Source: Candidatus Gottesmanbacteria bacterium (GTDB lineage Bacteria > Patescibacteriota > Microgenomatia > UBA10105 > UBA927). From it: DNA of 64,000 nt. A program made the translations under genes and the position numbers. A model generated the notes under the pieces. The model was not told the DNA's origin. It searched no databases and saw nothing but the letters and a program-made list of their open reading frames with translations. Below, piece by piece: positions 16,681 to 25,161 of this stretch. Every line of letters starts with the position of its first letter. Within the stretch, counting starts at the first letter, position 1. The stretch is from positions 1,265 through 65,264 of the forward strand of contig JAZDOQ010000027.1 of NCBI GenBank assembly GCA_043798445.1, written 5' to 3'.

Positions 16681-17841
16681 ATGACGCTTAATAAAACAGA
16701 TACGGTTACAACACGACGGAAGGAAATAGAAAAACAATTACATGTAGCACTTTCTCATATTGGTTCGTTTTCACTCGATGAAAAAGTTGCGTCAACACGG
16801 CATTGTGAGAATATGATCGGTGCTACCCAAGTTCCGGTCGGTGTCGCAGGTCCACTTCGGCTTCGCTCAGTGCAAGCCCTTAAAAATAAAGACTATTTTA
16901 TTCCTTTGGCAACAACAGAAGGGGCGCTTGTTGCCTCAGTAAATCGTGGATGTAAAGTAATCACCGAAAGCGGTGGAGCAATAGTTGATAGTTGTCATGT
17001 TGGTTCAACGCGCGGACCGGTTTTTTATACAAAAAATCTGGAGGAGAATGACAGACTCAATATGTTTTTGGAAACACATCTTAAGGAGATGCAACACATT
17101 GCTCGGAGTACCTCAAGTCATATCTTTTTAACAAAAACGTTTTCTCAGGGGGTCGGTCAATATCACTATGTCCGTTTTATCTACGACACAAAAGATGCAA
17201 TGGGGCTGAACATGGTGACGATTGCTACAGATAAGATTACAAAATTTATAGAAGAAAAAACAGATATTGCGTGCATCTCACTTTCCGGAAATTATTGTGT
17301 CGATAAAAAACCGTCGTGGCTCAATTTCATTGAAGGGCGTGGATCAAAAGTGTGGGCAGAAGTAGTCATTCCAGAACGCGTTCTTAAAAAAATCTTAAAA
17401 ACCACAGCAAAAGGTGTGTATGATGTTTGGCTTTCAAAATGCATGATGGGAAGCATTATGAGCGGAGCAATGGGATATAACGCACAGTTTGCCAATGTCC
17501 TTGCTGCCATGTTTCTTGCAACAGGACAAGATATCGCACACATTGCAGAATGCGGTATTGGCGTAACAAATGCTGAAATCCGTGGAAAAAGTTTATACAT
17601 AAGCGTGTATCTTCCAGACCTCATGGTTGGAACCATTGGGGGAGGCACAGAACTTGCAACACAAAAAGAAGCACTGCAGATTCTTGATGTGTATGGAGGA
17701 GAAGACGGAAAGAATAGGAAGCTACTCATAGAAATCATTGGAGCCGCGGTGCTTGCAGGAGAAATCTCATTACTTGCAAGTTTGTCAGAAGGAACACTTG
17801 CAAAAGCACATCAAAAACTCGCGAGAGGAAAAACATCATGA
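16681..17841 (+). CDS. hmgA: class I (archaeal/eukaryotic-type) HMG-CoA reductase
   Basis: ENMIGATQVPVGVAGPL, DAMGLNMV and GTIGGGT motifs. The start was set to ATG 16681 (MTLNKTD) to avoid overlap. Confidence 0.85.
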   Translation: MTLNKTDTVTTRRKEIEKQLHVALSHIGSFSLDEKVASTRHCENMIGATQVPVGVAGPLRLRSVQALKNKDYFIPLATTEGALVASVNRGCKVITESGGAIVDSCHVGSTRGPVFYTKNLEENDRLNMFLETHLKEMQHIARSTSSHIFLTKTFSQGVGQYHYVRFIYDTKDAMGLNMVTIATDKITKFIEEKTDIACISLSGNYCVDKKPSWLNFIEGRGSKVWAEVVIPERVLKKILKTTAKGVYDVWLSKCMMGSIMSGAMGYNAQFANVLAAMFLATGQDIAHIAECGIGVTNAEIRGKSLYISVYLPDLMVGTIGGGTELATQKEALQILDVYGGEDGKNRKLLIEIIGAAVLAGEISLLASLSEGTLAKAHQKLARGKTS

Positions 17842-18881
17842 TGGGCATTGTTTCATACGGTACATATATACCAACATACAGAGTCAGCATTACTGATATA
17901 GCCGCTGCGTGGAAAAAGAATCCGCAGGAAATTGTGAGTGCGCTCGGTGTAAAAGAAAAAACAGTGCCCGGTGTTGACGAAGACGCAGTGACCATTGCAT
18001 TTGAAGCAGTATTTCAAAGCATGCAATCCTTCAAAGGGAAAGCATCAGATATAGAAGCACTGCTTATTGGTTCTGAAAGTCATCCGTATGCTGTTAATCC
18101 AACCTCAACGATCGTTGGAGAATTTTTAGGTATTGGAAATAACTATCTTGCATCAGACCTAGAATTTGCCTGTAAAGCCGGTACTGCCGGAATTCAAATG
18201 ATTGCAGGGCTTTTGTCGTCAGGTCAAATCAAATATGGACTTGCCGTTGGAACGGATACTGCACAAAGCAAACCTCATGACGCGCTCGAATATACATCCG
18301 CATCAGCGGGTGTTGCGGTCTTGATGGGAAAAACACGGGTTTGCACCTCACTTCTTTCATATACATCGTACTCATCAGATACACCGGATTTTTGGCGAAG
18401 AGACGGTATTCGATACCCTTCCCACGCGGGGCGATTTACCGGAGAACCAGCATATTTTGCCCATGTTGTTGGTGCAGCGATGCAATTAATGAAAAAAACA
18501 CATGTATTTCCAAAAGACATTGATTATTGTGTGTTTCATATGCCAAATGGAAAATTCCCAAGAGAAGTTGCAAGGCGATTAGGATTTATTGACACGCAGC
18601 TCGCTCCCTCGTTAACCGTTGATCATATCGGCAATCCGTATTCAGCTTCTTCCATGATGGGGCTTGCAGCGGTTCTTGATATCGCAAAACCAAACAAAAA
18701 AATTTTTATGGTGTCATACGGCTCAGGAGCAGGAAGCGATGCGTTTTTGTGGAAAACAACAGAACATATAAAAGAACTACAAACAAAACGGAAAAAACAA
18801 CATTGGTTAGTGAGTCAGCAAATAGAGGAAAAAACCTACGTTGATTATCTTGGGTATTTAAAACAAACACATAAAATATGA
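17838..18881 (+). CDS. archaeal-type HMG-CoA synthase
   Basis: MMGIVSYGTYIPTYRVSITDIAAAW...VPGVDEDAVTIAFEA; thiolase fold, 347 aa; overlaps the reductase by 4 nt. Confidence 0.8.
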   Translation: MMGIVSYGTYIPTYRVSITDIAAAWKKNPQEIVSALGVKEKTVPGVDEDAVTIAFEAVFQSMQSFKGKASDIEALLIGSESHPYAVNPTSTIVGEFLGIGNNYLASDLEFACKAGTAGIQMIAGLLSSGQIKYGLAVGTDTAQSKPHDALEYTSASAGVAVLMGKTRVCTSLLSYTSYSSDTPDFWRRDGIRYPSHAGRFTGEPAYFAHVVGAAMQLMKKTHVFPKDIDYCVFHMPNGKFPREVARRLGFIDTQLAPSLTVDHIGNPYSASSMMGLAAVLDIAKPNKKIFMVSYGSGAGSDAFLWKTTEHIKELQTKRKKQHWLVSQQIEEKTYVDYLGYLKQTHKI

Positions 18882-20029
18882 ACATAACGGTTGCCGGTTG
18901 CGGCATGACAAAATTTGGTGAACTGTGGGCAGCTTCACCACGCTCTCTTGCAAGAGAGGCCGTTGAGCAAGCAATTGGGGAAAGTGGCGTGGAGAAAAAG
19001 TCCATCCAAGGACTGTTTGTTGCCAACATGCTTGCGGGCATGCTTGGGATGCAGGCACATCTTGGTGCACTGTTTTCTGAAGAATTAGGATTATTTGTTC
19101 CCGCATATACAGTGGAAGGCGCGTGTGCATCCGGCGGGCTTGCGGTGCATGCAGGCGTTATGAGTATTCTTTCCGGACAATATGATACGGTTGTGGTGCT
19201 CGGTGTAGAAAAAATGACTGATCATAAACCGGAATCAGTGAGTTCTGCGCTCATGGGTGCTGGATCTAACGAAGAACGACTGGCAGGAGCAACGTTTCCA
19301 GGATTGTATGCGATGCTTGCGCGTAGCCACATGGAGAAATTTGGCACAACAGAAAAACAAATGGCAGCAGTTGCGGTAAAAAATCATTTTCATGCAAGTT
19401 TTAATTCAAATGCACAATTTTCTAACTGCATAACCATAGACCGGGTGTTGAAAAGTTCATGTATAGCAGACCCATTAAAACTACTTGATTGTTCTCCTGT
19501 AACCGATGGTGCAGCAGCGATAGTTCTAAAACGGGAAACGACCAATGGCAAACAATCTGGGGTACACATTATTGCTTCACAAATTGCAACAGACACACTT
19601 GGTCTTGCACAGCGGAAAAGCCTCCTTGAATTATCAGCAACTAAACGTGCCGCACAACGTGCATTTACACAAGCAGGGATCAGTGAAAAAGATATTGATA
19701 TTGCAGAGGTGCATGACTGCTTTACAATAGCTGAAATACTTGCAATTGAAGATATAGGGTTTGGGAAAAAAGGACAGGTTGCGAGAGATATAGAAAAAGG
19801 AGCATACACGCTCGGGACAGCAAGACATGTCGTTGTGAATTCGTCCGGCGGCTTAAAAGGGTGCGGTCATCCAATTGGTGCAACAGGAGTCAAACAGATT
19901 GTTGAAATAGTAAATCAGCTACGGGGAGTGTGTGGTAAACGACAAGTGAAAAATGCAACAGTAGGTCTTGCACATAATGTTGGCGGGAGTGGTGCAACGG
20001 CAGTGGTACATATAGTACAAAAAGGATAA
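18878..20029 (+). CDS. archaeal-type acetyl-CoA C-acetyltransferase (thiolase)
   Basis: MNITVAGCGMTKFGELW, active-site Cys region VEGACASGGLAVH, C-terminal GHPIGATG. Confidence 0.8.
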   Translation: MNITVAGCGMTKFGELWAASPRSLAREAVEQAIGESGVEKKSIQGLFVANMLAGMLGMQAHLGALFSEELGLFVPAYTVEGACASGGLAVHAGVMSILSGQYDTVVVLGVEKMTDHKPESVSSALMGAGSNEERLAGATFPGLYAMLARSHMEKFGTTEKQMAAVAVKNHFHASFNSNAQFSNCITIDRVLKSSCIADPLKLLDCSPVTDGAAAIVLKRETTNGKQSGVHIIASQIATDTLGLAQRKSLLELSATKRAAQRAFTQAGISEKDIDIAEVHDCFTIAEILAIEDIGFGKKGQVARDIEKGAYTLGTARHVVVNSSGGLKGCGHPIGATGVKQIVEIVNQLRGVCGKRQVKNATVGLAHNVGGSGATAVVHIVQKG

Positions 20030-20032
20030 TTT

Positions 20033-20332
20033 ATGATTAGTCCGGTTAAAATTTGGCGGAATCAAAAACATTATGCCCAGATGGTCGGCAAAACCGGCAG
20101 TATTATTTCCTGGACCATCATTCGTGTACCGCCAGACGGATTTAGTGAGCAAGCACCATATCCACTTGCGGTCGTTCAGCTTGATGACGGACTCCATATA
20201 ACAGCACAGGTTGTTGACTTGGAGTCAAAACAATTACACACAAAACAAAAAGTAATCACTATTATTCGTCGAACAATCGATACAACCGCTGATGGAGTGA
20301 TTCCATACGGCATTAAAGTAAAACCATTATGA
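20033..20332 (+). CDS. DUF35 OB-fold scaffold protein of the thiolase/HMGCS complex (no obvious Zn ribbon)
   Basis: 99-aa protein GSIISWTIIRVPPDGFSEQAPYPLAVVQLDDGLHITAQVVD, positioned exactly as the archaeal DUF35 partner of thiolase/HMGCS. Confidence 0.6.
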   Translation: MISPVKIWRNQKHYAQMVGKTGSIISWTIIRVPPDGFSEQAPYPLAVVQLDDGLHITAQVVDLESKQLHTKQKVITIIRRTIDTTADGVIPYGIKVKPL

Positions 20333-21267
20333 TTACGGTTTCAGTTCCGGGAAAAATTCATTTGATGGGAGAACATGCTGTTGTCTATGGAACACCCGCA
20401 TTGTTTGCTGTGATTAATAAACGAATGATTGTTTCTGTTGAGCATGCAAAAAAAATGGAAATCATTACATCGGAATCATCCGATTATGTGTTGTACGCGC
20501 TTGAAAAAGTAAAAGAACACGTAGGTCTTAACATACTTCCTCCTATGAAAATTACTATCACATCAGATATACCTGCAGGATTTCATCTCGGATCATCTGC
20601 GGCAACTGCTGTGGGGACGGTTGCAGCAACGATATATTTTTTAAAAAAATTGTGGAATCCAAATCAAATTAATGCCATTGCCTATGAAGTTGAAAAGAAG
20701 CAACACGGAAATCCATCGGGTGGAGATAATACCGCAGTAGCCATGGGGGGATTTGTTTGGTTTCGAAAAGAATTAGAGTTTTTGAAAAGCATATGGCAAC
20801 TGGACATACATATTCCTCCATCACTCAATCATTTCTTTCTCATCAATACAGGCAGACCAAAAGAAACAACGGGTGAAATGGTGACACTAGTCAAGTTACG
20901 ATTTGAAAAACATCCAAGCATAATGAAGCAGCAATTTTTGCGTAACGAAGAGCAAGTGAAGAGAATTGCCATAGCACTAAAGGAGCACGATGAAAAAGTA
21001 TTAATAGATGCGATACAAAAAGGTGAACAGACGCTTGAAAAAATCAGTGTCGTTTCGAAAAAAGTGACTCCCTGTATTCGCGAGGTTGAGGCATCGGGAG
21101 GTGCAGCAAAAATCCTTGGCGGTGGGGGAAAGAAGAATGGTGTTGGGTTTATACTTTGCTATCATACAAATAGTCATAAAATTGAAACCATAGGAAAAAG
21201 GTATGGATATGAAGTTCAACCTATTGTGTTAGGTGGTGAAGGCGTTCGTCTTGAACGAAAGGATTAA
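20329..21267 (+). CDS. mvk: GHMP kinase, mevalonate kinase
   Basis: SVPGKIHLMGEHAVVYG and TSDIPAGFHLGSSAATAV. Confidence 0.75.
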   Translation: MITVSVPGKIHLMGEHAVVYGTPALFAVINKRMIVSVEHAKKMEIITSESSDYVLYALEKVKEHVGLNILPPMKITITSDIPAGFHLGSSAATAVGTVAATIYFLKKLWNPNQINAIAYEVEKKQHGNPSGGDNTAVAMGGFVWFRKELEFLKSIWQLDIHIPPSLNHFFLINTGRPKETTGEMVTLVKLRFEKHPSIMKQQFLRNEEQVKRIAIALKEHDEKVLIDAIQKGEQTLEKISVVSKKVTPCIREVEASGGAAKILGGGGKKNGVGFILCYHTNSHKIETIGKRYGYEVQPIVLGGEGVRLERKD

Positions 21268-21272
21268 TATAT

Positions 21273-22196
21273 ATGATCACAGTATCAGCGCCAGGAAAGC
21301 TAATGCTTATGGGGGAACACGCAGTGGTGTACGGACACCCCTGTGTAGTCACTGCGGTTTCTGAACGACTGAGCGTTACTATCAAGGAAACGAATGACGG
21401 CAACGTAATAATTAATGCTCCACAGGTGAAAAATACCCGGTTTCTTGATCAGGCACTTCTTGATGGATGTGCAGCACTCGCCATTCAACACAAAGGATTA
21501 CACATTACTACACAAAGTTGTTTTTCAAACTGTTATGGATTTGGATCATCCTCTGCAGTTACCGTTGCAACACTTTTTGCGTTATCTAAGCTTTTTAATA
21601 AACATATCGATCCAAAGTCTTTGTTTCAACTAGCATATAAAACTGTGTTAACAATTCAAGGAGTAGGGTCTGGATTTGATGTTGCAGCAGCAACATACGG
21701 AGGAACGCTGCTCTATACAAAAGGCGGCAACACACTCGATCAATTAGCATGGGACATGAATGATGGCGTATCAGTTGTTGTTGGATATAGCGGAGTTAAA
21801 GCTGACACCTCATCAATTGTGAAAGAAGTTGCTAAGAAACGCGAGATACAAAAAGAACGAGTTGATAGGATTTTTGGAGCAATAGGAAAACTTGTTATTC
21901 AAGCAAAAGAGGCGGGAGACAAAAAAGATTGGGAGACAGTTGGGAAATTCATGAATTTTAATCAGGAATATCTTCGGGATTTAGGAGTAAGCACAGAAAA
22001 ACTGGAAACTATGATTCAAGCGGCAAAACAGACCGGTGCATATGGCGCAAAACTTTCAGGCGCCGGCGGAGGGGACTGTATGATCGCTCTTACCAGAAAA
22101 GATAAAAAGAAGGACGTTGAAGAGGCGATTGTTAAGGCGGGAGGAATAGTTGTTCCTGTGATAATTCATATAGAAGGGGTGCGGATAGATCAATGA
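21273..22196 (+). CDS. second GHMP kinase (phosphomevalonate kinase or alternative mevalonate-phosphate kinase)
   Basis: SAPGKLMLMGEHAVVYG and YGFGSSSAVTVA. It is a paralog of the preceding gene. Confidence 0.55.
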   Translation: MITVSAPGKLMLMGEHAVVYGHPCVVTAVSERLSVTIKETNDGNVIINAPQVKNTRFLDQALLDGCAALAIQHKGLHITTQSCFSNCYGFGSSSAVTVATLFALSKLFNKHIDPKSLFQLAYKTVLTIQGVGSGFDVAAATYGGTLLYTKGGNTLDQLAWDMNDGVSVVVGYSGVKADTSSIVKEVAKKREIQKERVDRIFGAIGKLVIQAKEAGDKKDWETVGKFMNFNQEYLRDLGVSTEKLETMIQAAKQTGAYGAKLSGAGGGDCMIALTRKDKKKDVEEAIVKAGGIVVPVIIHIEGVRIDQ

Positions 22197-23176
22197 TGAA
22201 GGCAACAGCACTAGCTCCGGCAAATATTGCTCTCATTAAATACTGGGGAAAACGGTCAGACGCGCTTCGTACGCCGCTTAACGATTCAATCTCCATGAAT
22301 TTAAGCGGTGCGCTGACAACGACAACAATAGAATTTTCTCCATTGTTTGAAGGTGATGATATTACGTTTGTTGGAGAAACACTATTAGAAAAAGAACATG
22401 AGCGAATCATTAAGCATCTTAATAGAATTCGAAAAATAGCCCGTAAAAAACTGTATGCTCGCGTGGTGACAAAAAATTCTTTTCCAAAAGGAGCCGGAAT
22501 TGCATCATCAGCATCCGGATTTGCTGCATTAACCGTAGCAGCTGTTTGCGCACTCGGATTACAGCGTACAGAAAAGGAATTAACAATACTTTCGCGTATC
22601 GGATCAGGATCGGCATGTCGAAGTATTCCTGATGGTTTTTCGTGGTGGCACGCCGGAAAGAAATCTTCTCAGTCATACGCAGAATCTATTTTTCCAGCAT
22701 CGTGGTGGAACATACGCGATGTTCTTTGTGTTGTTTCAAAAGAAGCAAAAAAAATATCAAGCACAGAAGGAATGGATGGAATAAAGACAAGTCCGTATTG
22801 GAAAACGCGCATGCGGGGAATCCCCGGAAAAATTGATAGGGCGCTTCATGCATTAAAAGAACGAAACATGGAATTGCTGGGAAACCTTCTTGAGGAGGAT
22901 GCAATTTCAATGCACTGCGTCATGATGACACAAAAACCACCGCTCTTTTATTGGAATGAATCTACCCTTCGGGTGATAGAGGCTGTTTACGCGCTTAGGA
23001 AAAATGGAATAGCTGCATATTATACGATGGACGCGGGTCCGAATGTCCATGTTATTTGTAAAGGTGAAGACGAGGATGAAGTGAGCAGGCAAATGAAACA
23101 GGTATATGGTGTCCAGTCTGTTATTATTAACAAGCCAGCACTAGGAACTCACAGTATTTCAAATCATTTATTTTAA
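22193..23176 (+). CDS. diphosphomevalonate decarboxylase family protein (MVD/PMD)
   Basis: APANIALIKYWGKRSD N-terminus, GHMP-like fold, 327 aa. Confidence 0.75.
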   Translation: MMKATALAPANIALIKYWGKRSDALRTPLNDSISMNLSGALTTTTIEFSPLFEGDDITFVGETLLEKEHERIIKHLNRIRKIARKKLYARVVTKNSFPKGAGIASSASGFAALTVAAVCALGLQRTEKELTILSRIGSGSACRSIPDGFSWWHAGKKSSQSYAESIFPASWWNIRDVLCVVSKEAKKISSTEGMDGIKTSPYWKTRMRGIPGKIDRALHALKERNMELLGNLLEEDAISMHCVMMTQKPPLFYWNESTLRVIEAVYALRKNGIAAYYTMDAGPNVHVICKGEDEDEVSRQMKQVYGVQSVIINKPALGTHSISNHLF

Positions 23177-23179
23177 TTT

Positions 23180-23863
23180 ATGGAAGAACAAAACATACCT
23201 CAACATATAGCAGTCATCATGGATGGGAATCGCCGGTGGGCAAAAGAACGGGGACTTCCAATTCTTGAAGGACATAGAAAAGTAGCTGATGAGATACTTG
23301 AGCCTCTTATCGAACATGCCGCAAAACGGGGCGTGAAATATATGACGTTTTGGGCATTTTCTACAGAGAACTGGAATCGTTCAGAAAAAGAAGTGCAAGG
23401 GATTATGAGTATTTTTCGCCACGTGATACAAAAGCGTTGGCAAATACTGCATGAAAAGGGTGTTAAGATTCGTGTGATTGGAGATATGATGAGGTTTTCA
23501 CAGGACATTAAAGATGCTCTGACAAAAGTAATAGAACAAACAAAAGATAATACAAAGATTACCATTGTTTTTGCGCTTAATTATGGCGGTCGAGATGAAA
23601 TGATACGGGCGATGAATAAAAGCCGTGGAGAAGAAGATACATCAAAGAAAACATTTGAACAGCATCTTGATACTGCTGGAATTCCAGATCCAGAATTGAT
23701 TATTCGAACGGGCGGGGAGCAACGGTTGTCAGGGTTCTTGCTCTGGCAGAGTGAATATAGTGAATTATTGTTTCCTTCTTGGTACATGCCGGAGTTCACA
23801 CCAGAAAGACTGGATGAATTAATAGAGGAATACTCAACTCGTCAGCGAAGATTTGGAAAGTAG
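23180..23863 (+). CDS. uppS: undecaprenyl-diphosphate synthase (cis-prenyltransferase)
   Basis: HIAVIMDGNRRWA, ALNYGGRDE and RTGGEQRLSGFLLWQSEYSEL. Confidence 0.85.
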   Translation: MEEQNIPQHIAVIMDGNRRWAKERGLPILEGHRKVADEILEPLIEHAAKRGVKYMTFWAFSTENWNRSEKEVQGIMSIFRHVIQKRWQILHEKGVKIRVIGDMMRFSQDIKDALTKVIEQTKDNTKITIVFALNYGGRDEMIRAMNKSRGEEDTSKKTFEQHLDTAGIPDPELIIRTGGEQRLSGFLLWQSEYSELLFPSWYMPEFTPERLDELIEEYSTRQRRFGK

Positions 23864-23864
23864 T

Positions 23865-24203
23865 CTACTTAAATGTATCTCCGATAGCCGTAATACCAAA
23901 GACAATTCCTAAAAGTTGTGTAATCCAATAAGCCAAAAAAATAATAACAAATCCAACTACTCCATAAGTAAGTGTTTGTTTCCCCTTTTCCATTTTTTTA
24001 GCATCTCCAGCACTGGTAAGAAGTGTGAATCCTGCACTAATAATCATGATAAGGAGCACAATACCCGCTATGGGGAGTGCGAATTTATATATATTAGAAA
24101 GAATAGTACCGATGGTAACATTTTTATCACCCAGTGGGCCAACTAGATTAGGAGTTCCAGGAAGAGTTAATTTTTGTGCGAGTAAGTGATCCATATTATT
24201 CAA
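23865..24203 (-). CDS. T4SS pilin family protein (paralog 7)
   Basis: IISAGFTLLTSAGDAKKMEKGKQTLTYGVVGFVIIFLAYWI; start overlaps the upstream gene stop by 8 nt. Confidence 0.55.
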   Translation of the reverse strand: MNNMDHLLAQKLTLPGTPNLVGPLGDKNVTIGTILSNIYKFALPIAGIVLLIMIISAGFTLLTSAGDAKKMEKGKQTLTYGVVGFVIIFLAYWITQLLGIVFGITAIGDTFK

Positions 24204-25101
24204 ATCCTGGAATTCTTAATATTTTAACCCCAATTAATTGTAGGAGAAAAATTGAAAAGATGATAAGAAGAAGTCCTGTGATTGCTGCACTGATCAGTTC
24301 TTTTCCTGCGTTAAGTTTTTCTGGGTTTCCAGCAGACATCATTATTTGCAAAGCGCCGAAAAGAATAAGAAGAAATGCTATTCCTCCAGCTATACCGATA
24401 CCAAAAGGAAGAAACGTATTAATTATTCCAGAGGGTGATGCATCAATGCATCCAATTGCGGTCCATACTTTTTTTTCAGCTTTCATACAATCATCACAAG
24501 CTTCTTTTTGAGGAGATATGAAAGTATTGCAGACATAACCAGCCGAGGCTGGTTGTGTAGGTGTATTAGGACATCCTGCCTTTGATGTACAACATTTATA
24601 ACTTGAGCCTGGGCATAAGTGTATATAACTTGAATAATCAATGTTTGAGCCAGCGATAGTAGGGGGACAGCCAGTAAATTTAAAGGGATCTCCATAGACA
24701 CATTTATACGCTGGCGTTGGCGGGAATGGTGGACATCCCGTCTTTGGATCGCAACATTTTTTTGGATTGAATCCAGGACAATTTACATATCCAGATTTAC
24801 TACATACGCTATCAAATCCAATAATTCCCACGTCGTCTATACATTTTTTAATTGGAGTTGGTGAGGCGTTGTTAGAAATACAAGAACATCCTGCAGTAGC
24901 GCATGTAGAGATTGTGCCGGCACAACGAGCTGTTGTCCCAGTGGGGCATTTGTTCATTGTAGCATCTACTTCACACGAAAGATCGCCAACGCCATAATGG
25001 CTGACATTTTTACATTCACACGTTTGTGCAAAAATTTTTGTCGGATTTTGAAAAAGAACGACAAGAAGAAAAGCAAAGATAAATAAAATTAGTTTTTTCA
25101 C
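24196..25101 (-). CDS. secreted Cys-rich protein with a C-terminal T4SS-pilin domain (candidate minor/tip pilin)
   Basis: Signal peptide MKKLILFIFAFLLVVLFQNPTKIFAQT, then ~200 aa with about 27 Cys and an internal repeat (KKCCDPKTGCPPFPPTP / YKCCTSKAGCPNTPTQP). The C-terminus LQIMMSAGNPEKLNAGKELISAAITGLLLIIFSIFLL is a pilin module. Confidence 0.55.
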   Translation of the reverse strand: MKKLILFIFAFLLVVLFQNPTKIFAQTCECKNVSHYGVGDLSCEVDATMNKCPTGTTARCAGTISTCATAGCSCISNNASPTPIKKCIDDVGIIGFDSVCSKSGYVNCPGFNPKKCCDPKTGCPPFPPTPAYKCVYGDPFKFTGCPPTIAGSNIDYSSYIHLCPGSSYKCCTSKAGCPNTPTQPASAGYVCNTFISPQKEACDDCMKAEKKVWTAIGCIDASPSGIINTFLPFGIGIAGGIAFLLILFGALQIMMSAGNPEKLNAGKELISAAITGLLLIIFSIFLLQLIGVKILRIPGFE

Positions 25102-25161
25102 TCCTTAAGTGTATCATGAGCTCCACTTTAAAGAAAAGGGCATGATAGAATAGAAAGACGC

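Noticed and set aside
17292-17995. Minus-strand ORFs (17292-17738, 17735-17995) inside hmgA and the HMG-CoA synthase gene
   Set aside because: Antisense to strongly supported mevalonate genes.
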